64,000 nt of DNA from Octopus vulgaris (GCA_951406725.2 OX597814.1:200136001-200200000); one strand, 5' to 3'; positions 49,689 through 62,429 are shown, counted from the first letter of the stretch. Notes: a model not told the origin generated them from the letters alone. Program-made: numbers and translations.

Positions 49689-51140
49689 ATAACAATTCAA
49701 ACTATAATTGACCACAATAACCTCTCACTAGACAAGTATAACCCAGAAAAAACCTTTAACACATATAATTCTGAGCAATGGAAATTGGAGCCTTTCAGTT
49801 GAAATGTATTACACACACATCATCATCTAAAGTCTGTTTCGCATGCTTGTATAGATTGAGTCATTCGGCAGGTCCTGATGAGTTGGAGAACTGTGTCATG
49901 CTCCCGTGTCTGCTGTGGCATGCTTTCTATGACTGGGTGACCTTCATGATCCACCCACTTAGCAGAGTGTACTGGGTGTTTTCGTCATGGCACGAGGACT
50001 GCAGAAGTCACCATGTAACTCACAAGACGAAATTGTCCCTCAACTGACTGGGCATCCAGCAGAGAAGGAGGTGGCATTCTGCTAGATGCTGAGGGGTTAC
50101 AGTATAAAAGAAAGAGCAGGAACGAGTTTGCTGTTGTAGCTGAGATACAGAGCTAACTCACATTATAGAAGACTGGGTGGGAGTATTCTTAATGGAGCTT
50201 GAAAGGAAGACAATGTGATGAGGGGTCAGAGTGAGCGCTCAAGGTACGAGAAGGGAAATAGAAGAGATTTTGGAGACAGAAGAAACGGGAGGGTGAGTAG
50301 AGGTTGCAAGAGAGTATAGGGAAAGTGAGGTAAGGTTAGGAGATAGTGTAAGGGTGGAGGAAAGGTAGGGAGAGTAGGTAATGACTGGCAGTTCAGAAAG
50401 GGTGAAGAGCAGCATAATATGACAGTAGGAACAGAAAAACGTAAATGTTTGCAATGAATGCTATATCGTCGCTATAACATTAAGCGAGCTACGACATTAT
50501 AAGGTTAAAACATTTGTAATACACATCCACTGTTCTGCTCATTAATCAAAGGAAACAGATTTTTCATCAGCTTAATGAATTCATCACAGAATCACAGTAT
50601 TGACCAGATCATCAGATGCTGTTTTACACCACTGGTCACAATACACTTGATTTTGCCACTGTTTTCCATCTTGATTCAAATTCGCTGACTAAATTGCCTT
50701 CCCATCATCGTGGAAGCCTTCCACATGGCTTTCTTCAATCTCTTGGATACCATTCAGCAATGGCATGGGTCCATTTGTTATCAGTGAACCTTGCAACATG
50801 TCTGTCCTAGTGGAACTTATCTTTTCAGTATTCTGTGATCTTGTCATTCACTCTACTCATGATAATGAATTTATATCTATTTTAAATACAATCAATGTAC
50901 AGCAATGAGCTCTTTACTGCTTAGATTCCTGTATATTTCCTTAGAGATTTCAGCAATTTGTGATGTTTAAAATTCATGATCAATGAATTTCTCAGTGATT
51001 TACATTTATTTGGCCAATGTTAAAGTTTGTCTGTATTAAATAAGAACTTGCAAGAAAGACTAAACAACAGCAAGAAAGGAAAAAAGAAAAACTATTAATT
51101 GTCAGGTGGAATTCGATTCTATATCTATTAGTTAATGCCT

Positions 51141-51185
<45 letters not shown>

Positions 51186-51312
51186 CGTAGGAATGAGTGT
51201 GTGGTAAGTAGCTTGCTTACCAACCACATGGTTCCGGGCTCAGTCCCACTGCGTGACACCTTGCAGTGTCTTTTTGTGAAGGCGAAGGGCATCCAGCCGT
51301 AGAAACACTGCC

Positions 51313-51355
<43 letters not shown>

Positions 51356-51758
51356 GACACAAGAGAAACTACCTTTAACAGGTAGTTTTACACCGGAAAA
51401 GAAGCAGTCATGTTGCCTTGTCTTCACCCTGTCATCACGGTGAAATTTCTAAACATATTCGCTACCCTATATATTTTAGGTGTATATATACATGTATACA
51501 TATATATATGCCTACATATATAAGCACATATATATGTTTGCTTTTATTCTGAGAGATAATCCTTTCTACAATAGGTGCAAAGCCAAATCTTTTGGGGGAG
51601 GGCGCTAGTCAATGGACATTGATTCCAATGTTCAACTGTTATGTTTTTTTTTATTGACCCTGAAAGGATGATGACAGTCAAATTCGACCATAGCAGAATT
51701 TGAACTTAAAACATAAAGACGAACCGAATGCTGCTAAGCAGTTGGTTTGGTGAGTTAA

Positions 51759-52221
51759 CCTTTTCGTTACCAACCCGGCTGAAACCACCTCCAGCTCTAT
51801 AGTACAAATGTCATGTTTTCATAAGTTTTGAATCAAAATCTTCCACCAAGCCATAGTCACAATTTATGTTCCTAACACTAACTTAATGATAACTAAGTTA
51901 TTTTACTGAAATCTTTTGTTATATTCAAAATTAACTGAAAGAAACACAGAACATCTCAACGGAAATATGGTAACAAAAGGGTTAATAAATGATTTATTTA
52001 ACCCTTTTGATACCAACCTGGCTGAAACCGCCTCTGGCTCTGTAGCAGAATTGTCTTGTTTTCAAAGTTCTCAATTAAAATCTTCCACCAAACATTAGTC
52101 ACAATTAATGTTCCTAACATTAGCTTAACCGTAACCAAGTTATTTTACTAAATTCTTTGTTATACTTAAAGTAATTGAAAGAAACACAGAACATCTCAAC
52201 AGAAATACAGTAATGAAAGGG
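51759..52221 (-). mobile_element. Dimeric piggyBac-type MITE, inserted in a family B SINE head
   Basis: Same A-spacer-B dimer as 28633-29095 in opposite orientation; outer TTAA at 51755 and 52222; host SINE resumes at 52226. Confidence 0.9.
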
Positions 52222-52987
52222 TTAATGATTCTACCAGCTTGCTGCCTTATACTGAGTTATAATGAAAACAATTTAGCATTAATCTGTGGAGCACAGATTT
52301 ATTATACATTGAGGAAGGCAAGCAAACCAAAACTTCAAAGTCGTTGTCTCCGCTGTTCTTGTAAATGTACAGCTTTGATAAGTATAGGATGGCGTTAAAT
52401 TTCTCAATCTCTGTAGTATCTCACTTGAATAAACTGTGGGATTGATTATTATGCATGATTACCACACTGCAGAATTATGTAATTCACCCATCTATGTGAA
52501 ACGTGTGAATAATTCTCCATTCTTCTATGTTTATTTATGCATGTATGTATCTATATGTGAAAGTATATCTTCATCAATCAATTTCCATGCTGGGAGGTCA
52601 TTACTGGTCAACGAGACAAATCAGAGGACAACATCCCCTTCCTAACACCAAATATTTCACAAATTGTTCTGGCTGCATTTCTTTCAAGCCACCAGCACTG
52701 GAGAGGTAGTCACATCTATGATAAAATGAAAGGGCCCTTTTGATCTCAGATTTAACATTGTATACTGGAAGTTTTTTTTTTTTTTATCTCACCATCAGAG
52801 AAGTAGCCATGTCCTAGACATAACTAAAGGAACCTCACAAACACACCCCTCTATTCACTTGCTAACCTCTTTACAAAATAAGAAGCAGGCATGATAGTAG
52901 TGTGAAAGAGAGAAACATGAATGGTTACTGTAAGAGGGGTGTGTAGTAACAGGGGATAGGTAAATGGGTTCTCAGTATTTTGAGATA

Positions 52988-53203
52988 GAGGTGGCAAGCT
53001 GGTGGACATGTTAGCGTGTCAGGCGAAATGCTTTGCGGTATTTTGTCTGTCTTGACATTCTGTGTTCAAATTCCACTGAGGTTGATTTTGCTTTTCATCA
53101 TTTCGGGGTCAATAAATTAAGTACCAGTTGTGTACTGGGTCGATCTAATTGACTGGCCCCTCTCCCCCAAAATTTCAGGCCCTGTGCCTAGAGTAGAAAA
53201 GAA
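52988..53203 (+). mobile_element. SINE family B
   Basis: Head, B box and Meta-like core. Confidence 0.85.
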
Positions 53204-53409
53204 TACTCTGAGACAGAAACATTTATTCAAGGCATTATAACCGAGATGACAGGGTGAAGACGGAAGGCAACATGACTCAGAACATAGAGAAATCACAGGT
53301 TTCCAGGCTATGCAGGAGATAAAAAGCTGAGAGTTATGATGGCAATGGGACATAGGGTGATGATAAACTATACAGGAGGTGAGGGTGAAAGTACTTTGAA
53401 CCGGAATAA

Positions 53410-54522
53410 GTGGTCCAGTGTAGCTTATCATATTTAATGTCCTACAGTGAAGAATTCCGGGTAGAGGTTGGGGTCCACCAAGGTTCAGTCCTCAGTCCCC
53501 TCCTATTTATCATAGTCCTCCAGGCAATAACGGAGGAATTCAAGACAGGTTGCCCCTGGGAGCTCCTCTATGCTGATGACCTTGCTCTAATTGCTGAGTC
53601 ACTATCAGAACTGGAGGAGAAGTTTCAGGTGTGGAAACAAGGATTAGAATCGAAGGGCCTTAGAATTAACCTAGCCAAAACCAAAGTCCTAATAAGTAGG
53701 AAGGTAGATCAATCACAAACGCCTTCAGGTAGATGGCCCTGCTCGATCTGTAAAAAAGGTGTAGGTAGAAACTCTATAAGATGCACCAAGTGTAAGCTAT
53801 GGACACATAAGAGGTGCAGCAATGTCAAAGGAAGGCTAACTAGGAAAATAGTTTTTGTCTGTGGCAAATGCTCAGGAGCAATAAACACTGGAAATGTGCA
53901 GAGACCAACTTCTGCCACGTTCCAGGAAGACAAACTAGAAGTAGTTGATAGCTTCCGCTACCTAGGAGACCAAGTCAGTAGCGGGGGTGGGTGTGCTGAA
54001 AGTGTAACTGCTAGAGTAAGAATAGCCTGGGCAAAGTTTAGAGAGCTCTTACCCCTGCTGGTGACAAAAGGCCTCTCGCTCAGAGTAAAAGGCAGACTGT
54101 ATGATGCATGTGTACGTACAGCCATGCTACATGGTAGTGAAACATGGGCCGTGACTGCTGAGGATATGCGTAAGCTCGCAAGAAATGAAGCCAGTATGCT
54201 CCGATGGATGTGTAATGTCAGTGTTCATAATCGTCAGAGTGTAAGTTCCTTGAGAGAAAAGTTGAACCTAAGAAGCGTCAGTTGTGGTGTGCAAGAGAGA
54301 CGGCTGCGCTGGTATGGTCATGTGACGAGAAAGGCTGAAGATAGTTGTGTGCAAAAGTGCTACACCCTAGCAGTTGAGGGAACCTGTGGAAGAGGTAGAC
54401 CCAGGAAAACCTGGGACGAGGTGGTGAAGCACGACCTTCGAACTTTAGGTCTCACTAAGGAAATGTCTAGAGACCGAGACCTATGGAAGTATGCTGTGCG
54501 TGAGAAGACCCGGCAAGACTAG
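53410..54522 (+). CDS. RTE LINE ORF C-terminal part: reverse transcriptase (5'-truncated) with embedded PHD-like finger
   Basis: GVHQGSVLSPLLF, LLYADD, FRYLG, RRLRWYGHV, GRGRPRKTW; homology starts at ~53443, so the listed start codon is probably flank-derived. Confidence 0.9.
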   Translation: MVQCSLSYLMSYSEEFRVEVGVHQGSVLSPLLFIIVLQAITEEFKTGCPWELLYADDLALIAESLSELEEKFQVWKQGLESKGLRINLAKTKVLISRKVDQSQTPSGRWPCSICKKGVGRNSIRCTKCKLWTHKRCSNVKGRLTRKIVFVCGKCSGAINTGNVQRPTSATFQEDKLEVVDSFRYLGDQVSSGGGCAESVTARVRIAWAKFRELLPLLVTKGLSLRVKGRLYDACVRTAMLHGSETWAVTAEDMRKLARNEASMLRWMCNVSVHNRQSVSSLREKLNLRSVSCGVQERRLRWYGHVTRKAEDSCVQKCYTLAVEGTCGRGRPRKTWDEVVKHDLRTLGLTKEMSRDRDLWKYAVREKTRQD

Positions 54523-56938
54523 TCAGGCCATAACCCGTGGCCCCTACCTGGGACGTAGTCAGTCCTCCTGTGCATACCTTCCTTCTTGTGACACTTATGA
54601 AGACCTGTTGAGGCAAGTGAAAATCAAATCAAAACAAATCAAAATAGATGAACATCAGTGGAATTGTATTCTTTGTGGTACCAGTGCCGGTGGCACACAA
54701 GAAAACCACCCAAACGTGGCCGTAGCCAGTACCGCATCGACTGGCCTCCGTGCTGTGGGCACAACAAACACCATCCGATCGTGGCCGTTCGCCAGCCTCA
54801 TCTGGCACCTGTGTCGGTGGCACATAAAAACACCATCCGAAGACCCGGCGACGTAGTCAGTCCACCTGTGCATACCTTCCCTCTTATGACACTTGTGAAG
54901 ACCTGTTGAGGCAAGTGTGTGACACTTGCGAAGACCTGTTGAGGCAAGTGTGTGACACTTGTGAAGACCTGTTGAGGCAGAGGCAAGTGTGTGACACTTG
55001 TGGAGACCTGTTGAGGCAAGTGTGTGACCCTTGTGAAGACCTGTTGAGGCAAGTGAAAATCAAATCAAACCAAATCAAAATAGATGAACATCAATGGAAT
55101 TTGTATCTTTGTGGTTCCAGTACCGGTGGCACACAAGAAAACCATCCGAACGTGGCCGTAGCCAGTACCGCATCGACTGGCCTCCGTGCTGTGGGCACAA
55201 CAAACACCATCTGATCGTGGCCGTTCGCCAGCCTCATCTGGCACCTGTGTCGGTGGCACATAAAAACACCATCCGAAGACCCGGCGACGTAGTCAGTCCA
55301 CCTGTGCATACCTTCCCTCTTATGACACTTGTGAAGACCTGTTGAGGCAAGTGTGTGACACTTGTGAAGACCTGTTGAGGCAGAGGCAAGTGTGTGACAC
55401 TTTGTGAAGACCTGTTGAGGCAGAGGCAAGTGTGTGACACTTGTGGAGAACTGTTGAGGCAAGTGTGTGACACTTGTGAAGACCTGTTGAGACAAGTGAA
55501 AATCAAACCAAACTTGTGAAGACCTGTTGAGGCAAGTGAAAATCAAACCAAATCAAAATAGATGAACATCAATGGAATTTGTATCTTTGTGGTTCCAGTT
55601 CCGGTGGCACACAAGAAAACCATCCGGTTCGCCAGCCTCATCTGGCACCTGTGTCGGTGGCACATAAAAACACCATCCGAAGACCCGGCGACGTAGTCAG
55701 TCCACCTGTGCATACCTTCCTACTTATGACACTTGTGAAGACCTGTTGAGGCAAGTGTGTGACACTTGTGTAGACCTGTTGAGGCAAGTGAAAATCAAAA
55801 TCAAAATCAAATCAAATCAAATCAAACCAAATCAAAATAGATGAACATCAATGGAATTTGTATCTTTGTGGTACCAGTACCGGTGGCACACAAGAAAACC
55901 ATCCGAACGTGGCCGTAGCCAGTACCGCATCGACTGGCCTCTGTGATGTGGGCACATAACAAACACCATCCGATCGTGGCCGTCCGCCAGCCTCATCTGG
56001 CACCTGTGTCGGTGGCACATAAAAACACCAACCGAAGACCCGGCAAGACTAGTCAGGCCATAACCCATGGCCCCTACTTGGGACGTAGTCAGTCCACCTG
56101 TGCATACCTTCCTTCCTTCTTGTGACACTTGTGAAGACCTGTTGAGGCAAGTGAAAATCAATCAAATCAAATCAAAATAGATGAACATCAATGGAATTTG
56201 TATCTTGTGGTACCAGTGCCGGTGGCACACAAGAAAACCATCCGAACGTGGCCGTAGCCAGTACCGCATCGACTGGCCTCCGTGCTGTGGGCACGCAACA
56301 AACACCATCCGATCGTGGCCGTTCGCCAGCCTCATCTGGCACCTGTGTCGGTGGCACATAAAAACACCATCCGAAGACCCGGCAAGACTAGTCAGGCCAT
56401 AACCCGTGGCCCCTACCTGGGACGTAGTCAGTCCACCTGTGCATACCTTCCTTCTTGTGACACTTGTGAAGACCTGTTGAGGCAAGTGAAAATCAAATCA
56501 AATCTAAACAAATCAAAATAGATGAACATCAATGGAATTTGTATCTTTGTGGTACCAGTGCCGGTGGCACACAAGAAAATCATCCGAACGTGGCCGTAGC
56601 CAGTACCGCATAGACTGGCCTCCGTGCTTTGGGGACGTAACAAACACCATTCGATCGTGGCCGTCCGCCAGCCTCATCTGGCACCTGTGTCGGTGGCACA
56701 TAAAAACACCATCCGAGCGTGGCCGTCTGCCAGCCTCGTCTGGCACCTGTGTCGGTGGCACATAAAATCACCCACTACACTCTCGGAGTGGTTGGCGTTA
56801 GGAAGGGCATCCAGCTGTAGAAACACTGCCAGATCTGACTGGCCTGGTGCAGCCTTCGGGCTCCCCAGACCCCAGTTGAACCGTCCAACCCATGCTAGCA
56901 TGGAAAACGGACGCTAAATGATGATGATGATGATGATG
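53443..56938 (+). mobile_element. Young 5'-truncated RTE-clade LINE with tandemly expanded 3' UTR
   Basis: Uninterrupted RT ORF end, six repeat units in the UTR, terminal aggaagggcatccagctgtagaaac domain and (GAT)n tail. Confidence 0.9.
54504..56714 (+). repeat. Six tandem 335-436-bp units with nested 31-37-bp and (AAATC)n subrepeats
   Basis: Unit starts (gaagacccggc) at 54504, 54839, 55275, 55679, 56034, 56373. Confidence 0.9.
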
Positions 56939-57654
56939 AAAGATCGAGTGAAAAGAGTGAAGATAGGACGTATGGAAAGTTGGTGGGTCCTATACCATTG
57001 ACCAGCACAAATGTATGTTGGTAAGAGGGTCAGATGGATGTAGTAGTTTTATAGTTACTCAAGAAGCAATAATTGGTGAACATTAGGGATCCACTGCTAT
57101 ACTTGGTTGCATTGACAGAATAGTGCAGTGTGATTAAGAAGAAGAAAAAGTGAGTGAAAGATGAGCAATAGGGGCTTGGACCTAAGAGGTAGGAAAAATA
57201 AAGGCATGGATGAAAGGGACATGAGACAAAAGACATTGACATACGAGACATACATGGAGTGTGTGTGTGTGTGTGTGTGTTTGTATATCTTTTTGTGACC
57301 ATGCTGGGGCACAATCTTGGGGGATTTTAGTTGAATGAATTGACCCCAGAACTTAACTTTTAAACCTGGTACTTATTCTGTTGGTCCTTTTTGTTGAACC
57401 ATTAAGTTACTGAAGCTAAACACACTAAGTTAAACACACCAACACCAGCTGTCAATGGTGGTGGGGGACAAACACAGACACAAAAACACACACACACAAC
57501 AGGCTTCTTTCAGAAGACACTTGTGCAAAGTGTCACACAGTGGGACTGAACCCAGAACCATGAGGTTTGACAGCAAACTTCTTACCACACAGCCTCGTGT
57601 ATATGTGTGTACCTAAGTGTTTTATCTTTTACTTAATCATTGGGCAATAAACTG

Positions 57655-58110
57655 TGCTTGTGAAGACCTGTTGAGGCAAGTGAAGTTGTTGCCGTGGCCG
57701 ATGACAATACCACATGATTAGCACCTGTGCCAGTGGCATGTAAAAAGCACCATTTGAGTGTGGTCGATGCCAGTGCTGGCTGACTGGTCCTGTGCTGGTG
57801 GCACATAAAAAGCACCATTTAAGCGTGATCGTTGCCAGTGCTGCCTGACTGGCTTTCATACCAGTGGCAAGTAAAAAACAACATTCAAGCATGGCCAATG
57901 CAAGTACTGCCTGATTGGCCCTTGTGCCAGTGGCACGTAAAAGCACTCACCACACTCTTGGAGTGGTTGGCATAAGGAAGGGCATCCAGCTGTAGAAACA
58001 TTCCCAGATCAGATTGGAGTCTGGTGCAGCCTTCTGGTTCACCAGCCATCAGTCAAACCATACAACCCATGCCAGCATGGAATGTGGATGTTATACAATG
58101 ATGATGATGA
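57655..58110 (+). mobile_element. RTE LINE 3' UTR with four ~63-bp subrepeats
   Basis: gtgaagacctgttgaggcaagtgaa start, repeated gccagtgc..gactgg..gtggcacgtaaaaagcacc, (GAT)n tail. Confidence 0.85.
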
Positions 58111-58844
58111 TTCATGAGACTGTAGCCATCTGGGGCAAGGAAATTATGCTACAATAAAGATAATGATCTCAACTGTAAAATCATTCAGAACCAGTGATTT
58201 AAAGATAATACATCAGAGCATTAACCATAAACTGTGGGCTTGGTTTCCCAACAATATAGTCACTATTTTCTTTCTCTTCATTTTTATAGTCGTCTGCACA
58301 TGTTTACATTTAATATACACAAACGTATTCTTTAAAAATCATCTTAGTTATATTGATTTCTAATTTATGTACCAAACCCATCTGAGTGAGAGGCTTTCAT
58401 GCCTGACCATTCATTACAATGGTACACTCCATTATCTGTTGCAAAAAGTAGAAACCATTTATTTAAAAGGGTTACATTATGTCTTCATTTCTTTCCATTG
58501 TATCATCGATGTACAATAAACATAATGTTTAAATTTATGCTGACCTTACTTCTCTAATATTTGTTTTAAGAACTTTGAATATTTATCTTAGGATAAAGTT
58601 AATTATATTGTAATTTTCCCTGTGTGCTTTACAGAAGTGTAAACTGAATTTAGAACCACACTTGCTATCAATGTATATACTAAACGGTTCCAAACACCAT
58701 TCCAGTGAATGCTTTCTTTTTAATGCTCCTTTTGAAATGTATTCTTTCATTTCTGCATTGTATTTTCTTCCATAAATATTTAGCTATTTTATTGCAAGTA
58801 TACCACACTATTTCCTCTTTGCAATGCGCAAAATTCTGAGTTTA

Positions 58845-59140
58845 CCAGCATAACTATTGGGGTGATAAAAGGTAGAGCTGAAGAGATTGTAGAGATGCTA
58901 GAACAAAGACAAGTAGATGTGTGTTGTGTACAAGATATAAGATGGTGGTGAGCCTCAGTCAGACTCCTCCCAGAGAAGGAACACAACTACACATTATCTG
59001 AGGGTAGGTAACAGTACTGGTATTAGTAGAGTAGGAATATTGTTTGGAGAGAAATGAGTAGATAAAGTGAGACAGTCAGATGGAATACATGACAAAATAA
59101 TTAAGCTTAAACTAATCATAGGCAATATAACAGCAATGGT
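58845..59140 (+). pseudogene. LINE APE endonuclease N-terminal remnant
   Basis: IGVIKGRAEEIVEMLEQRQVDVCCVQDIRWW* resembles the RTE endonuclease motif N(V/I)G...D(I/V)CC.QE.RW. Confidence 0.7.
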
Positions 59141-59174
59141 AAAATGTAGTGCATATATATATAACAGCAATATA

Positions 59175-59692
59175 AAAATCAAATCAAATGGAAATTGTAG
59201 TTGTGATCTCCGTGACGGTAGCATGTAAAAAGCACTATCTGAACATGGCCAATGCCAGTGCCGCTTTGAATGGCTTCCATGCCAGTGACACATAAAAAGC
59301 ACCCACTACACTCTCGGAGCGGTTGGCGTTAGGAAGGACATCCAGCTGTAGAAACACTGCCAGATCAGATTGGGGCCTGGTGCAGCCTCCTGGCTTCCCA
59401 GACCCCAGTTAAACCTATTTCTTTACTACCCACAAGGGGCTAAACATAGAGGGGACAAACAAGGACAGACAAACGGATTAGGTCGATTATATCGACCCCA
59501 GTGCGTAGCTGGTACTTAATTTACTGACTCCGAAAGGATGAAAGGCCAAGTTGACCTCGGCGGTATTTGAACTCAGAATGTAACAGCAGACGAAATATGG
59601 CTAGCATTTCGCCTGGCATGCTAACGTTTCTGCCAGTCAAACCATCCAACCCATGCCAGCATGGAAAACGGACGTTAAATGGTGATGATGAC
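59175..59692 (+). mobile_element. RTE tail interrupted by a minus-strand family B SINE (59415-59637)
   Basis: RTE tail breaks at ccccagttaaacc and resumes at ccagtcaaaccatcc. Confidence 0.8.
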
Positions 59693-60325
59693 TACAGTAA
59701 ATGACTAACTGATGAACAAAAATATACCAGCCCCAAAATACTGAAAATGGCTCATAAGTGCTGAGCTTTCCTCCCTGCTGACCAGATCATTATAAAAAAA
59801 AAGAACTGAATTTACACAGTGATATCATTTTAAGCTTTTTCATTCTATTAACATCTGTAATACACTGGTTTAGCTCCAGGTCAACCCTAATCATGATGAC
59901 AGACATTAGGATTGGAGGTATTCTCATAATGAGTCATATTTTTGTTTTCATAGGTAGTATATTTTGGACAACATTTTCCAATGTATCTTTTCTTTTTACA
60001 ATAACAGAATAACACTAAACAGAGTTTTGGCGTTATTTTTAGCATGTCAAATGATATCACAGAGAAACTCCCACTGTTTTGTCTGTAATATATCATCCAT
60101 CATTGTTCTAACACCCATCTGTGAATACTTGGAATTCACTGAAGCACATTTTCTACAGTTGGATGCACTTACCTGTTTCCAAGCAAGGTAATATTTCCTC
60201 TTGGCCAGATATATTCATCACAAAACACAGGAAATAAACAAATTCATTTGTCTGACAGTAATGCTTACAGGCAACCATCACATGCTTTCAAGACAAGACA
60301 ACACATTCAAATATATATACATTAT

Positions 60326-60724
60326 AGGCGTAGGAGTAGCTGTGTGGTAAGTAGCTTGCTTACCAACCACATGCTTCCGGGTTCAGTCCCACTGCATGGC
60401 ACCTTGGGCAAGTGTCTTCTACTATAGCCCCGGGCCGACCAAAGCCTTGTGAGTGGATTTTGTAGATGGAAACTGAAAGAAGCCCGTTGTATATATATGT
60501 GTGTGTGTGTATGTGTGAATGTTTGTGTGTCTGTGTTTGTCCCCTCAACATCGCTTGACAACCAATGCTGGTGTGTTTACGGCCCCGTCACTTAGATGTT
60601 CGGCAAAAGAGTCTGATAGAATAAGTACTAGGCTTACAAAGAATAAGTCCTGGGGTCGATTTGCTCGACTAAAGACGGTGCTCCAGCATGGCCACAGTCA
60701 AATGACTGAAACAAGTTAAAGAGT
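60326..60724 (+). mobile_element. SINE family A, full length
   Basis: Well-preserved head, body and tail. Confidence 0.9.
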
Positions 60725-60962
60725 ATGTAATGGGCTTATTTCAGTCTCTCTTGAACAAATCACTCACATGGCTTTGGTCAGCTCAGGGTTATATTAAAAA
60801 ATAGGTTCTGTGCAGTGGAACTGAACATGAAACCACATAATGGAAAGCAAGATTCTTAACCACAAACCACACCTGGTGTATTTAATATTTAATATTTTAA
60901 AATATTTGATTGCTAACTTCAAACTTTGTACTTAAGAACATTTTCTCAATTCTATTTTTCAG

Positions 60963-61137
60963 GTACTGGATCTTTAACAGTTCTTCGCCAAAACAATTCA
61001 CGTAAGCTTGTCAGCTCTAGCAGTCGTACATCAAGTACTGTGAGTATAGATAGCGATTCCTATGCAAGCGGGGAATTAGGTTTTGAAAAAATGCCTGCAG
61101 CGGATGCACCTGAGGCTTCACATTATTGCTCAATGCG
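60963..61137 (+). CDS. PDE1: Internal coding exon, probably Ca2+/calmodulin-dependent cyclic nucleotide phosphodiesterase 1 N-terminal region (tentative)
   Basis: Acceptor ttctatttttcag|, donor GCG|gtaaga, open frame (G)TGSLTVLRQNNSRKLVSSSSRTSSTVSIDSDSYASGELGFEKMPAADAPEASHYCSMR; the last 18 aa fit the E-x-(L/M)-P-x-x-D-x-P-(D/E)-A-x6-R pattern I recall before the calmodulin-binding helix of invertebrate PDE1. The exon is better supported than the gene name. Confidence 0.6.
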
Positions 61138-62049
61138 GTAAGATATTTTTTTCAACAAAACATCTTCAGTAATTTTTCCTGAATATTTTTTTACATGAAA
61201 TTTAATGCTGGATGAATTGAAAAAAAACCATTTGTGTCAATGTCTATCAATAATACTTCATAATTTGCTGTCCTTCCCAAGATATGGATGATCCTGCTGT
61301 ATGCTTGTAAATTGTTTTGGGTAAGGTAAACTATGGATTTAACAGAAACTTTGGTCATTCAACTGGTTCCTTGTTTATCAGACTACATTCCTTGGTTCTG
61401 CAATTTATGTATTCATTTATTTTATCAAAACACTTCAATGTTTTTCTTTGGTGCTTTTTTGGAAGACTTTATAATTTATTTTCGTCATCTTATTATTTCC
61501 ATACATTTCAAAGCAGCTCATTAAAGTTTGTTCAAATGATTCCACATCTTCACTCACTGTTTCCCATAAATTATTAGAGAACTCTATTTTGGGTGGTAGA
61601 CTTAATCCATTGCCTAATTTAATGCCATTACCTGATTGACTGGTACCTTTGGTAGAGTCCACTTTGTTGCAAGCTTTCAGATCAGATAACTCCAACACCT
61701 CTATTCATAGCAGCTCCACAAAATGCATGAGTGGTACCCTTCAATTCTCACTAAGTCATATGATAAAAAAAAACAAAAAAACTTGCCCCTTCTTTGTGAT
61801 TGTTGATGTCTTGTTTGAAAGCCTAAATTTCTTTTGGGATTTCTCATTCTACCTCCACCAAAATTGAGAGTATATTTCCATTTACTATGAACCACTGAGC
61901 TATGACAGAACAAAAAAGATTCAGATCATTCAGTCTATATCAGTGATTCTCAACTCAACATGTCACTTACACTTAGCCTCTGATTTGGTTTTATTTGTGC
62001 TCTGCCTCTTCACATAATTAGTCAAGCCTACATGACTCATTTTCTCCCA

Positions 62050-62390
62050 CCTCAGCAGATGTTTTGCATTCAATGTTTATACCTCATTGATAAAATGTAG
62101 AACCACTTATATGCTTGATACAGTCTTTCACAGAGAAAACAAATCATTAAGGACAATATTATATCTAACAACTTTCTAAACCTCCAGCATCACGTTTTAT
62201 CTCAGGTTACCATACTATCACTACATTCACCTCCAGCAACAAACAGACCAGTTGAGCAAAAGAAACTGTCATGTATGTCTGGTGAGCTGTTTGAGCAGTT
62301 CAGTAATTATTCCTGTGCATCTGTCACATATGAAGTCCTGATTTTCTGTCAGCCTACCAGTGACACCACTTCATCTTTTGTAAAGTTTGC
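62050..62390 (-). pseudogene. Degenerate RTE RT fragment
   Basis: Minus strand KR*SGVTGRLTENQDFICDRCTGII aligns with HKRCSNVKGRLTRKIVFVCGKCSGAI of the ORF at 53410. Confidence 0.65.
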
Positions 62391-62429
62391 AAAGTAAAAA
62401 CTTTTCAGCTCCAACAGTTCTATATTTAA

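Noticed and set aside
51183-51316. Family A head joined to an RTE tail fragment as a new chimeric SINE
   Set aside because: Single short occurrence between (TA)n arrays; a deletion or assembly join explains it equally well.
54884-55546. Regular 31-37-bp repeats resembling a CRISPR array
   Set aside because: Head-to-tail repeats without unique spacers, inside a LINE 3' UTR, no cas genes, eukaryotic context.
54491-56917. Many overlapping 60-150-aa ORFs
   Set aside because: By-products of the GC-richer tandem UTR; no recognisable domain.
61200-61900. Minus-strand 87-aa ORF and neighbours
   Set aside because: Broken frames, vaguely like a LINE endonuclease-RT linker, with no diagnostic motif.
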